A stretch of 64,000 nucleotides of DNA from an uncultured Verrucomicrobiota bacterium (GTDB lineage Bacteria; Verrucomicrobiota; Verrucomicrobiia; Limisphaerales; AAA164-E04), in assembly GCA_964342825.1 (NCBI GenBank), contig CAYFHO010000003.1, positions 42,971 through 106,970 of the forward strand, read 5' to 3'. A program made the position numbers and the translations under genes. The notes below the pieces were generated by a model. It was not told the origin of the DNA, made no database searches, and saw only the letters and a list, made by a program, of their open reading frames with translations. This document shows positions 47,610 to 57,477 of this stretch, piece after piece (positions within the stretch are counted from its first letter, which is position 1; each line of letters begins with the position of its first letter).

Positions 47610-48092
47610 ATTCGCGAGAAAACTACTCCCCTTGCCCCTTCAACACAAGAGTCGGTTGACACGCATCTTAAACCGGGAGCGATTAAAAGTGGATGCAATA
47701 TTGGATTCAAAGGGCTACCATTTGAAGGGTAGTGATGCTACGCCGTCATAATGTATCCATTTGTAATTGAGCAGGAATAGCTTCAATTGCGCTCGCGGAC
47801 CTGCGGCAACAGGTCCCATATTTGGGTATCTACCCGCTCTTGACTAGGCTCTCCCGAACCGGAGGAAATTTATGCAGAATGAGGTCACGCGATTCGGGAT
47901 TTGAACACGTTTAACTTAGGCCCCCGTTTCATTTCATTGCCGGGCTGAAAGCCTTAAGGTTGGACTCCAACTCAATCATTGAGGTTCATCGGGATAATTC
48001 CGGGGCCGGGAAACCTCGAACAAGTTGACTTTTGGTGTTTTTCGCGTTGAATCGTGCGCCCGGACTATTGTTTTCCGGAAATCAAGAATACG

Positions 48093-49133
48093 ATGACAAA
48101 ACAAGAGCTAACTCGACGAGAGAGATTTGTCAGGGCCTGTCGATGTGAGTCCACTGATCGACCTCCCATTTGGATGATGCGACAAGCAGGGCGTGCTCTG
48201 CCCGAATACCGGGCGGTTAAGGAAAAGCACAGTTTTGTCGAAATTGTTCAAACTTCCGAACTTGCCACTGAAGTTACTCTGCAACCCATACGCCGGTTTG
48301 GATTTGATGCGGCGATTCTTTTTAGCGACATACTAGTCATCTGCGAGGCACTGGGCCAAAGCTATTCTTTTCGGGAAGCAGGTGGTATTGAGATGGCATT
48401 CCCGGTAAGCAGTGCTGGTGATGTGCAGCGACTCAATGTAAATGGTGCGATAGAACGGTTAAATTATGTGGACCAAGCAGTGAGGATGATTCGACGAGAA
48501 CTTGATCCGAATACTGCACTCATAGGTTTTAGTGGTTCCCCTTGGACCTTGGCTAATTTCATGATGGAAGGCGGTAGTTCAAGAGAATTTGTTCAAGCTA
48601 AGCGGGCTATGTATGCTGAACCTGCTTTATTTGAGAGTCTTTGCCAAAAACTGACGGACGTGATCGTTGACTACCTGAATATGCAGATAGCCGCCGGAGT
48701 GGATGCCGTTCAAATTTTCGACACACTTGGCGGAACTCTGTCAGGCAATCAAGTGGAAGAAGGCTCTCTGAGATGGATACGAGAAATTGTCGATCGATTG
48801 GACAAATCGGTTCCGGCCATCGTTTTTTCGAAGAGCACTCGCGACTGGAATGCACTGGTCAAAACAGGGGGCAATGTATTAGGAGTCGACTGGGCAGAAT
48901 CACTTCCTTCGATTGCCTCTCAGCTTCCATCGAACGTGGGGGTTCAAGGGAATCTGGATCCGACAGTATTGGAGACTTCACCAGAGGTTGCCATTCGTGA
49001 AACAAAGCGTATTCTTGAAGACATGAAAGATCGCGACGGATTTATCTTTAATCTCGGACATGGAGTGCGTCCCTCATCACAAGTTGAAATGATGCAAGCT
49101 GTCGTAGAAACCGTCCAGTCCTCGACCCGCTAG
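48093..49133 (+). CDS. hemE: uroporphyrinogen decarboxylase
   Basis: RPPIWMMRQAGRALPEY and the typical length. ATG 48093 is preferred over GTG 48054. Confidence 0.9.
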   Translation: MTKQELTRRERFVRACRCESTDRPPIWMMRQAGRALPEYRAVKEKHSFVEIVQTSELATEVTLQPIRRFGFDAAILFSDILVICEALGQSYSFREAGGIEMAFPVSSAGDVQRLNVNGAIERLNYVDQAVRMIRRELDPNTALIGFSGSPWTLANFMMEGGSSREFVQAKRAMYAEPALFESLCQKLTDVIVDYLNMQIAAGVDAVQIFDTLGGTLSGNQVEEGSLRWIREIVDRLDKSVPAIVFSKSTRDWNALVKTGGNVLGVDWAESLPSIASQLPSNVGVQGNLDPTVLETSPEVAIRETKRILEDMKDRDGFIFNLGHGVRPSSQVEMMQAVVETVQSSTR

Positions 49134-49135
49134 AA

Positions 49136-50509
49136 ATGACAATGAAAGTCGATCTTGATCTGATAAGAAAGTACAACGTTCCCGGACCGCGTTATACTTC
49201 CTATCCTCCTGCCACACATTTTACGGATGAAGTGGATAAGGATGCCCTGATGGATAGCATCCGGAAAAACAACGAGACCCAACGCGACCTTTCACTCTAT
49301 TACCATCTTCCATTTTGCGAATCGCTTTGCTGGTTCTGCGGTTGCACCACAGTGATCACCACCGATCATAGTCGCAGTGAGAATTATTTGAATCACATTG
49401 ATCGTGAAATGGATTTAATGAGGCAACACCTCAATCCAAACCGCAAGGTGGTTCAAGTTCACCTGGGTGGAGGTACCCCCACCTTTCTTCAGCCGGACGA
49501 ACTCCGACGTTTGGGCAATCACATTCGGGAGAGATTCCAGTTTTCTGAAAAGGTCGAAGCCGGTGCAGAGATTGATCCACGCCGTATCACACGGGACAGC
49601 ATTCAGGCTCTCAAAGATGCAGGATTTAATAGAGCATCCATGGGAGTCCAGGACCACAACCCCGAGGTCCAAAAAGCCATCCACCGCATACAACCATATG
49701 AAATGACCAAGCAGGCCATTGACTGGCTTCGTGAATGCGACTTTGAATCTCTGAATGTGGACTTGATATACGGACTTCCACACCAGACTGTGGCTTCATT
49801 CGAGCAAACACTCGATGACACCCTGAAACTACAACCTGATCGACTGGCAGTTTTCAGCTACGCTCACGTACCCTGGATCAAACCTGCCCAAAAGATATTA
49901 CAGGAGCGCATGCAACTGCCATCTCCTGAAACAAAACTGGAATTGCTGAAACTCACCATTGAGAAGCTGACCTCCGAAGGTTACGTTTACATTGGGATGG
50001 ATCACTTCGCAAAAGAGAATGATGAACTGACCATTGCACAGAGAACAAAAACCCTTCAAAGAAACTTTCAGGGTTATAGTACTCGGGGGGGTGTGGATAT
50101 TTATGCATTTGGCATGTCATCCATTTCACAATCACAAGATGCCTATTGGCAAAACCTGAAAGAGTTGCCTGATTACCTGAAATCGGTGGATGAAGACAAA
50201 CTTCCCATTCATCGCGGATACTTATTAACCGAGGAAGATCACATACGACGACGAACCATCATGCGTTTGATGTGCGATTTGGAACTCGACTATGCACATA
50301 TGTCGGAGCTGCTGGGATTGGATTTCAAGGCCAAATATGTAGAGGAACTGGCCTCTCTCGATGACATGGAAGCGGATGGATTGATTCAAAAGTCAGAAGA
50401 CGGATTAACAGTCACCGAATTGGGAAGACTCTTGATTCGAAACATCGCCATGCGATTCGACGGCTATCAAAAAGAACGCAAAGAAGGGCGGTTTTCTAAA
50501 ACTATTTAG
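49136..50509 (+). CDS. hemN: oxygen-independent coproporphyrinogen III oxidase (radical SAM)
   Basis: PRYTSYPPA and the radical-SAM cluster CESLCWFCGC. 457 aa. Confidence 0.9.
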   Translation: MTMKVDLDLIRKYNVPGPRYTSYPPATHFTDEVDKDALMDSIRKNNETQRDLSLYYHLPFCESLCWFCGCTTVITTDHSRSENYLNHIDREMDLMRQHLNPNRKVVQVHLGGGTPTFLQPDELRRLGNHIRERFQFSEKVEAGAEIDPRRITRDSIQALKDAGFNRASMGVQDHNPEVQKAIHRIQPYEMTKQAIDWLRECDFESLNVDLIYGLPHQTVASFEQTLDDTLKLQPDRLAVFSYAHVPWIKPAQKILQERMQLPSPETKLELLKLTIEKLTSEGYVYIGMDHFAKENDELTIAQRTKTLQRNFQGYSTRGGVDIYAFGMSSISQSQDAYWQNLKELPDYLKSVDEDKLPIHRGYLLTEEDHIRRRTIMRLMCDLELDYAHMSELLGLDFKAKYVEELASLDDMEADGLIQKSEDGLTVTELGRLLIRNIAMRFDGYQKERKEGRFSKTI

Positions 50510-50520
50510 CAACCAACGGT

Positions 50521-51900
50521 ATGGGGACATCAGCAAAATCCATAGCCATTCTGGGAGGAGGCATCACAGGACTGGCTGCAGCATATGAGTTGATCCAGTT
50601 GGGACATAAGCCCACCCTTTTCGAAGCCTCCCCACGTATTGGAGGTGTCATTGAAACAGTCAAGAGCGATGGATTTTTGGCTGAATGTGGTCCAAACACC
50701 TTACTGGAAACATCCCCACGCATTGGAAAACTGATCAACGATTTGGGATTGGAATCAAGAAAGCGATATGCCAATCCCGAGATGAAAAACCGTTATATTG
50801 TCAAGGGGGGGAAACCAGTTGCCATGCCCCTGTCTCCGGGCCAATTTATCACCACCAAGCTCTTCTCCTTAGGAACTAAGCTGAATCTGATCAAAGAACC
50901 TTTCATCCCCCCCTGCCCTTCCGATAAAGAGGAAAGCTTGGCGGAATTTGTCGTTCGACGCCTGGGGCAGGAATTTCTCGATTATGCAATCAACCCGTTC
51001 GTAGCAGGAGTTTACGCAGGTGACCCCACCAAGTTGTCGGTGCAACACGCGTTTCCAAAACTACACGCACTGGAACAAAAATATGGTTCCATGATCAAAG
51101 GTCAGATTCTTGGAGCACGTGAACGCAAGAAACGTGGAACCGTTTCCAAGGATAAAGCAAAGATGGTTTCCTTTGACCAGGGATTGCAGGTATTGATCGA
51201 TGAACTGGGTCGGAAGATTGGAGACGGCATTAAAGTATCTTCGAAAGTTGAATCGATCGAAAAAAGCCAGACGGGGTGGAAGGTCCAAAGTTCTGGTCAT
51301 TCATCAGAATTTGAAGTTGTACTTCCAGCTCTGCCGACTCACAAAATGACGGACATCGTCTTCAAAGATTCGGAGATATTGGATCTGTCGATGTTGAAAG
51401 ACATCATTTACCCGCCTGTGGCAAGCGTCGTGATGGGGTTCAAGCGAGAACAAATCGAACATTCACTCAACGGTTTTGGCATGCTGATTCCAGAAGTCGA
51501 AAAACGGCATGCATTGGGAACCATTTTCACTTCTTCTTTATTTGAAGGTCGCGCACCCGATGGACATGTCACATTAACCAACTACATTGGAGGCATGCGC
51601 GCTCCTGAAAAAGCATTGTTACCCGAAGGAGAAATGGATGCCTTGATCCTCGAGGATCTGCATACGTTGATTGGGGTTCGTGGCGATCCCGTCTTTGTGA
51701 ACAGACGTGTTTACAAGCATGCCATCCCACAATACGTCGTGGGATACGGGCGATATAAGGAATTTTTTGACCAACTGGAATCTCGACATTCCGGATTGTT
51801 TTTTGCGGGGCACTACCGCAACGGAATTTCACTGAGTGACTCCCTGCTGGCAGGCTTGGAAGTCGCTGGACGCATCAATCAATTTTTAGAAAAGCAATGA
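50521..51900 (+). CDS. hemY: protoporphyrinogen oxidase (FAD-dependent, HemY type)
   Basis: N-terminal dinucleotide fold ILGGGITGLAAAYEL, 459 aa, located between hemN and hemH. Confidence 0.8.
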   Translation: MGTSAKSIAILGGGITGLAAAYELIQLGHKPTLFEASPRIGGVIETVKSDGFLAECGPNTLLETSPRIGKLINDLGLESRKRYANPEMKNRYIVKGGKPVAMPLSPGQFITTKLFSLGTKLNLIKEPFIPPCPSDKEESLAEFVVRRLGQEFLDYAINPFVAGVYAGDPTKLSVQHAFPKLHALEQKYGSMIKGQILGARERKKRGTVSKDKAKMVSFDQGLQVLIDELGRKIGDGIKVSSKVESIEKSQTGWKVQSSGHSSEFEVVLPALPTHKMTDIVFKDSEILDLSMLKDIIYPPVASVVMGFKREQIEHSLNGFGMLIPEVEKRHALGTIFTSSLFEGRAPDGHVTLTNYIGGMRAPEKALLPEGEMDALILEDLHTLIGVRGDPVFVNRRVYKHAIPQYVVGYGRYKEFFDQLESRHSGLFFAGHYRNGISLSDSLLAGLEVAGRINQFLEKQ

Positions 51901-52931
51901 GTAAAACGGGTGTTTTATTGGTGAATTTGGGGTCACCCGATTCCACTTCAGTCTCAGATGTTCGCAAGTATTTGCGGGAATTTTTAATGGATGGACGGGT
52001 ATTGGATGCCCCTTGGCCCATTCGCTGGTTTGTGGTCAATCTGTTGATCCTTCCCAAACGCCCCAAAGAATCCGCCGAAGCGTACGAACAAATTTGGACC
52101 AAGGAAGGTTCACCTCTGGTGGTCACAAGCAAGAAGGTTCACCAACTCTTGAAAGAACGCATGGACCACCCCGTTGAACTGGCCATGCGATATCAGAATC
52201 CATCCATCGATTCTGCTCTGGAAAAATTACAAGCAAGCGGTGTTACCGATCTGTTCATGATTCCGTTGTTCCCTCATTATGCCATGAGCAGTTTTGAAAC
52301 AGCCGTGGAACGGGTCAAAGAGTTGATCGCTCAAAAGTATTCGGGAATCAAACTGACCACCCAAGCCCCTTACTTCGAAGATGCCGATTATGTAGATGCT
52401 TTGGTTGCCACGATACAACCTCATCTAGAAAAACCGTTTGATAAATTATTGTTCAGTTACCATGGCATACCGGAAAGGCACCTTCGAAAATCAGATCCAA
52501 CGGGATCTCATTGCCTCAGCAAACCCGATTGCTGCGAAGGATGTCACCCCGCGCATGACTTTTGTTACCGTGCACAATGCCTCAAGACCACAGAAGCGGT
52601 TGTCGGGACACTCGGATTAAAACCTGAGCAATATGCAGTTTCATTCCAGTCAAGACTGGGCCGGGACCCGTGGTTAAAACCTTACACCGATTTTGAACTG
52701 GAACGTTTTGCCAAAGAAGGTGTGAAGCGAATCCTCGTTGTCTGCCCGGCCTTTGTCTCGGATTGCCTGGAAACGATCGAAGAAATCGGCATGAGGGGAA
52801 AGGAATCTTTTGTGTCCTGTGGGGGAGAATCTCTGGAGCTCATTCCTTGTTTGAACGAACACCCTCAATGGATCAATACCCTGGAGCGCATGGTGAAGGA
52901 TTTTGAGGAAAGCCGCACCAGCGACTCATGA
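51897..52931 (+). CDS. hemH: ferrochelatase
   Basis: VLLVNLGSPDS, PLFPHYAMSS, SYHGIPE and CPAFVSDCLETIEEI. There is an ATGA overlap with hemY. Confidence 0.9.
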   Translation: MSKTGVLLVNLGSPDSTSVSDVRKYLREFLMDGRVLDAPWPIRWFVVNLLILPKRPKESAEAYEQIWTKEGSPLVVTSKKVHQLLKERMDHPVELAMRYQNPSIDSALEKLQASGVTDLFMIPLFPHYAMSSFETAVERVKELIAQKYSGIKLTTQAPYFEDADYVDALVATIQPHLEKPFDKLLFSYHGIPERHLRKSDPTGSHCLSKPDCCEGCHPAHDFCYRAQCLKTTEAVVGTLGLKPEQYAVSFQSRLGRDPWLKPYTDFELERFAKEGVKRILVVCPAFVSDCLETIEEIGMRGKESFVSCGGESLELIPCLNEHPQWINTLERMVKDFEESRTSDS

Positions 52932-52968
52932 CGCCAGCCATCGCATAATACAAACCTGGTATCCTCAG

Positions 52969-53961
52969 TTAGTGATCCATCAACTCCTGTATCCTTGAAT
53001 CCATTTCTCTGGCCTTTTCCAATGCTTGGTCTATGGGTAATCCTTTGGACATGCCAGGACGCAGATGACCGGTCTTCGTCAGCCAGGCATCACACATCAG
53101 GCGCTGCCGCTTTTGGATGAGTGAAACAAATTCGATTCCATTTTCAACCGTGGACGAAGCCATGGCTTCAGGTGTGGGCCAGGCAGAGAAATCATCAGGG
53201 GCGCCCAGGCTCTTCAAGATCCACTGAGCGGTCAACCAATGAGCTTCCGGATTCATATGAATTCCGTCACCCGCGAATCGGAATGAAGGATTTGCATCGC
53301 GTCGAGTGCGAAGCAATTCATTCATAGGATCATGAATATCCACAACCTTCCAACCCTCAGCCCGCATGGCTTTCAACCAGGCAGCATATAAATTCAACAC
53401 TTCATTATATCCTTCATAAGGTCCTTTGTATGAGGACAAACCTGCAGGAAGAGTTCGTTTGGCAATGGGGACCGGATCGAATACAGGAGGAGTCACATGG
53501 ATCATGTCAGTTCCTGAAGCAATCACTCGGCTTCTAAGTCGGCGCATGCCAACTTTGAATGCTTCAAAACGCGAGACACTGTAAGGATGGTAAATCCCGC
53601 AATTCATCCCATAGCAGGCCAAAACAACCTCGGGTTTGATTTGTTCAATAACCCGATCCAACCGCTCATGAAGATCCGGACGGGGAAACCTTCCTCCCGC
53701 ATGACCTTCCTCTGACAATCCTGAAACGGTTTCACTGGGGAGCCCCATGTTCAGGATATCGAGTTTTCGATCGGGAAATTGCAATCGCAAGTAGGCTTCC
53801 ATATATGCCACGTAATTTCCCCCATAGGTGATACTATCCCCCAATACCAGGACTCGCTTTAGAGTTAGATCAGACCACCGAATCTCATCAGCTTTTACCG
53901 AAAGTGACGAGACCAGCAGAATCCAAACCGACGCAATGGAAATTACTGATTGGCAGTTCAT
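52969..53961 (-). CDS. SGNH/GDSL-family hydrolase, secreted
   Basis: The VLGDSITYGG block I motif and a signal peptide from ATG 53961. The ORF is also open up to GTG 54042. Confidence 0.65.
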   Translation of the reverse strand: MNCQSVISIASVWILLVSSLSVKADEIRWSDLTLKRVLVLGDSITYGGNYVAYMEAYLRLQFPDRKLDILNMGLPSETVSGLSEEGHAGGRFPRPDLHERLDRVIEQIKPEVVLACYGMNCGIYHPYSVSRFEAFKVGMRRLRSRVIASGTDMIHVTPPVFDPVPIAKRTLPAGLSSYKGPYEGYNEVLNLYAAWLKAMRAEGWKVVDIHDPMNELLRTRRDANPSFRFAGDGIHMNPEAHWLTAQWILKSLGAPDDFSAWPTPEAMASSTVENGIEFVSLIQKRQRLMCDAWLTKTGHLRPGMSKGLPIDQALEKAREMDSRIQELMDH

Positions 53962-54038
53962 GCGGATGCTTCGATTTTTTTCTTTAAGAAACAAGTTTTT
54001 CAAAACGCTATTCATGTTGTCAGTTAACGCTACGAGAA

Positions 54039-55466
54039 TCACAAACCAACATCCATGCGATCCTTGTGCGAGGCATCCATGAGTCGTTTCATTTCGGCTA
54101 CCAATTGTGGATACTGGTGACTGACGTCCTCTGTTTCAGCCAAGTCCTGCGTCAGATCGTAAAGTTCGACAGGTGCATGATCGCTGCGAAGGATGTTGCG
54201 TTGAACGGCCTTCCAATAACCCTTTCGCAGGGCTCGCTTCCCACCTTGTTCATAAAACTCCCAATAAAGGAAGGGGTGTTTTTTCTGGATATCTGAGTTA
54301 CCCATTAAAGTTGGTAAAAAACTGATACCGTCCGTCATCGCAACATCCTTGCCGGCAATTTCAGCCAAAGTCGGCATCACATCCTGAAATCCGGACAGAT
54401 GGTTGGATTCGGAACCTGGTTGAATGTGACCAGGCCAACGAGCAATCATAGGAACACGAATCCCCCCTTCATAGAGGTCACGTTTCATGCCTTTGAGTGG
54501 CCCGTTAGAATCGAAAAACGGCATCTTGTGCCCTCCTTCCTGGTGAGGTCCGTTGTCACTGGAAAACATTACCAATGTATCATCAGCCAAACCAAGTTCA
54601 TCCAATTTCCCCAGGATTCTACCAACGTCCGTATCGATGATTTCCATCATGCGGGCGAATCCTTTTTCCTGTGCGGGCCAATCTTTTTCAACGAAGGTTC
54701 CATGATCGGGAACCTCCATGCCGTTTCGATTTGCTCTTTTGTCACCGCCAGCTTCATTGTTGGCGTGTGGGATATTCATGGCGAAATAAAGGAAGAATGG
54801 CCCATCACGATAGTCTTCAATGAATTTGAGTCCGGCTTGAGTGATCAGTTCCGGTGCGTAATCCACTTTTTGGGAGGCAACGCCTCGCCCTTCACGATCC
54901 ACTGGCTTGTCATAATCATCATAAACGATGTTTCGCAATTTTACTTTTTTTCCATTTTCAACCAGCCACTCCGGATAAAAATTGTGGGCATGAAACATGT
55001 TCACATAGCCATAGAAATAATCAAAACCGTGGCGTTGGGGGTCATCCAACGGAGGAGGATGTCCGACACCCCATTTCCCTACGCACCCGGTTGCGTAACC
55101 TGCATCCTTTAAAACCTCCGCGATAGTCACGTCCTGTGTTCGGAGAAGTGATCGATCATTTCCCCGGATCCGTGTGTTTCCTGTATGAAGGCCGGTCATC
55201 AATACACAACGAGAAGGGGCACAAACGGTGGAGCCTGCGTAGTGTTGGGTAAAACGCATGCCTGCCCTGGCCATTTGATCCAGATGGGGAGTTTTGAGAG
55301 TTTTCTGTCCGTAACAACTTAAATCCCCATAGCCCAAATCATCTGCCAGTATATAAATGATATTGGGCAACTGCGCTGACTGAACAGAGACAGGCATTTG
55401 CAAAAAGGTAGCAACAAGCAGGCATTTCAGTACGCCATGAAGACAGCGATGGTGTTGTTGTTTCAT
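54039..55466 (-). CDS. arylsulfatase (formylglycine-dependent sulfatase family)
   Basis: Signal peptide, the CAPSRCVLMTG (CxPxR) motif and GKWGVGH. Confidence 0.85.
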   Translation of the reverse strand: MKQQHHRCLHGVLKCLLVATFLQMPVSVQSAQLPNIIYILADDLGYGDLSCYGQKTLKTPHLDQMARAGMRFTQHYAGSTVCAPSRCVLMTGLHTGNTRIRGNDRSLLRTQDVTIAEVLKDAGYATGCVGKWGVGHPPPLDDPQRHGFDYFYGYVNMFHAHNFYPEWLVENGKKVKLRNIVYDDYDKPVDREGRGVASQKVDYAPELITQAGLKFIEDYRDGPFFLYFAMNIPHANNEAGGDKRANRNGMEVPDHGTFVEKDWPAQEKGFARMMEIIDTDVGRILGKLDELGLADDTLVMFSSDNGPHQEGGHKMPFFDSNGPLKGMKRDLYEGGIRVPMIARWPGHIQPGSESNHLSGFQDVMPTLAEIAGKDVAMTDGISFLPTLMGNSDIQKKHPFLYWEFYEQGGKRALRKGYWKAVQRNILRSDHAPVELYDLTQDLAETEDVSHQYPQLVAEMKRLMDASHKDRMDVGL

Positions 55467-55710
55467 AATGATCCGTGCATGTTGAAACCACGGACCTTAG
55501 ATTTCAATTCGATAATCTGATGAAAAAGGCGCTGCGGAAGGTTAGCCCGCACGTTTGAAATGACATTTATCTGTAGTTACAATCGAATGCGCCACAGCTG
55601 TGCAGCAGCACAGCCCTACCGATACATGATCAATGAAGAGGATTTTCCGTCCATATTTGAATCACACGCCAAGCATTTACCCTAAACCAAACTTCCACTG
55701 AATAGGCAGT

Positions 55711-56346
55711 TTAGTTTTGGAGGTATTGTTTGAATTTTTTCAGCTTTGGACGAATCACAAAATTGCAATAACCTGCGTTTGGATTCTTTTTGAAATAGTC
55801 CTGATGGTAATCTTCTGCCGGATAAAAAGTATCAAGCTTTTCTATTTTGGTGACAATGGGACGAGCAAATAAAGATGCAGCCTCTTTCATCGACGCTTCA
55901 GCTATCTTCTTTTGCTCTTCATCGTGCCACATGATGGTGGATCTGTATTGAGTTCCTACGTCAGCACCTTGGCGATTAAGGGTCGTAGGATCATGGGATC
56001 GCCAGAACAATTCCAACAAGCGTTTGTAAGTGATGGTCTCTGGATCATACGTGACCTGGACTACTTCGGCGTGTCCCGTAGTGCCTTCACATACGTGCCG
56101 ATAGGTAGGATTTTTAACATGACCGCCTGCATAGCCTGAGACAACCGATAAAATTCCGTCGACATCTTCCAGCATCGCCTCGGTGCACCAGAAGCAACCA
56201 CCCCCAAAAGTCGCCTTTTGACTCCGTTCCAAAACCTCAGGTGAAGGAGCTGGTTTATTATCTGCTAAAGTTTGAGTTTCCGAATTCATGGTCATCCACG
56301 CGAGGACTACCGCCAATACGACACAGGGCCCAATCCATACTTTCAT
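55711..56346 (-). CDS. msrA: peptide-methionine (S)-S-oxide reductase, exported form
   Basis: The GGGCFWCTEA active-site motif, with an N-terminal hydrophobic segment from ATG 56346. Confidence 0.85.
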   Translation of the reverse strand: MKVWIGPCVVLAVVLAWMTMNSETQTLADNKPAPSPEVLERSQKATFGGGCFWCTEAMLEDVDGILSVVSGYAGGHVKNPTYRHVCEGTTGHAEVVQVTYDPETITYKRLLELFWRSHDPTTLNRQGADVGTQYRSTIMWHDEEQKKIAEASMKEAASLFARPIVTKIEKLDTFYPAEDYHQDYFKKNPNAGYCNFVIRPKLKKFKQYLQN

Positions 56347-56509
56347 GACCACAGTGTCCTTCAATAATTCCAAAAATCAAGTGCGAGGTTCATTGGGGGT
56401 CAGTCCCAACTATTGACACTTTTAGTCATCAGATCCTCTTGGCACTCTTTCCTTGTTGAATTCAGGTATGCTTAGCAGAGGGCACAATTAGTGCCGAAGG
56501 ATGATTCGG

Positions 56510-57175
56510 CTATTTAACGATGGCCATCAAAAAACCATCATAGCCTTTGGATCCAACCGTTTGCATGGAGACAGCATCCAGTTGAGGATGTTCGGAAACC
56601 AACTCATTAAACTTTCTCACGCCCTGCACGCGCGAATCGGGATTGTGTTCATCGATGATGGCTCCTTCACGAACGACATTGTCAGCTATGATGACCGTTC
56701 CAGGGCGGGAAAGTCTTAGTATGCCTGGTAAATAATCAGGATACCCCTCCTTGTCTGCATCAAGAAAGATAAAGTCAAATGGCACTTCGTTTTTCTCAGC
56801 TAGCACAGAAAGTGACTGCAATGCAGGCCCCTCAATGATCTCGACGATGCGATCAAGACCCGCCAGAGTCACATTATTCCGCGCGACTTCGGCGTGGTGT
56901 GGATCAAATTCCAGGGTGATTAATTTTCCATCATCCGGAAGAGCCCTTGCCATCCAGATGGTGCTGTAGGCCCCAAGTGTTCCCAACTCCAATACTCGCT
57001 TTGCGCCACTGATTCGAATGAGAAGATTGAGAAATTTGCCTTGAGCTGCAGAAACCTGGATGTCTGGTAAACCCGCTTTCAGGCATGTTTGGAGAGCAGC
57101 ATCCATAACCGAATCGGGTTCATGCAGTAGGTTTTCAAAATAGCGATCAACGGCTTGAAAGGTCTGTGAGATCAT
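56510..57175 (-). CDS. class I SAM-dependent O-methyltransferase (caffeoyl-CoA OMT-like)
   Basis: 221 aa. VLELGTLGAYS is the SAM-binding motif, and FDFIFLDADK is also present. Confidence 0.7.
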   Translation of the reverse strand: MISQTFQAVDRYFENLLHEPDSVMDAALQTCLKAGLPDIQVSAAQGKFLNLLIRISGAKRVLELGTLGAYSTIWMARALPDDGKLITLEFDPHHAEVARNNVTLAGLDRIVEIIEGPALQSLSVLAEKNEVPFDFIFLDADKEGYPDYLPGILRLSRPGTVIIADNVVREGAIIDEHNPDSRVQGVRKFNELVSEHPQLDAVSMQTVGSKGYDGFLMAIVK

Positions 57176-57273
57176 GATTCAAGATTGAAAAGGTTTGTGC
57201 GAAATTCAAAGTTAAATCGGCATAGGAAATCTTGCTTCAAAACAAATACTTTAAGCAAATATTTCCTTGGATC

Positions 57274-57477
57274 ATGAATTCTAATCAATTGTTCAGTAAT
57301 GGTCAGATTCAAGCGGTAAGACTACCGAAGCAGTTTCGATTTGAAGGTGAAGGGGTTTACATGAGCAAAATGGGGAATGGAATCGTTTTAACTCCAACCG
57401 TTACTTCATGGGAACATCATGCCAAGTGTTGGTTCGGTAAGGTCGGGTACCCATCAAAAACTTTTCCACCTCACTAA
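57274..57477 (+). CDS. orphan AbrB/SpoVT-type VapB antitoxin remnant
   Basis: LFSNGQIQAVRLPKQFRFEGEGVYMSKMGNGIVLTP matches the VapB/MazE swapped-hairpin domain. There is no vapC downstream, and the last 77 nt overlap the convergent kinase gene. Confidence 0.45.
   Translation: MNSNQLFSNGQIQAVRLPKQFRFEGEGVYMSKMGNGIVLTPTVTSWEHHAKCWFGKVGYPSKTFPPH

Noticed and set aside
47886-47910. A T-loop-like GTTCAAATCC (minus strand) that might indicate a tRNA or tmRNA in the hemE upstream region
   Set aside because: The flanking bases (ACGTG / CCGAA) cannot form a T stem, and no acceptor or anticodon arms could be built.
54399-55112. A 237-aa ORF on the plus strand, opposite the sulfatase gene. Similar long antisense ORFs occur in ilvB (22296-22838), the island genes (43938-44420) and kinase 1 (60158-60676).
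   Set aside because: These are shadow ORFs of well-supported genes on the other strand. They have no recognisable motifs and implausible composition.
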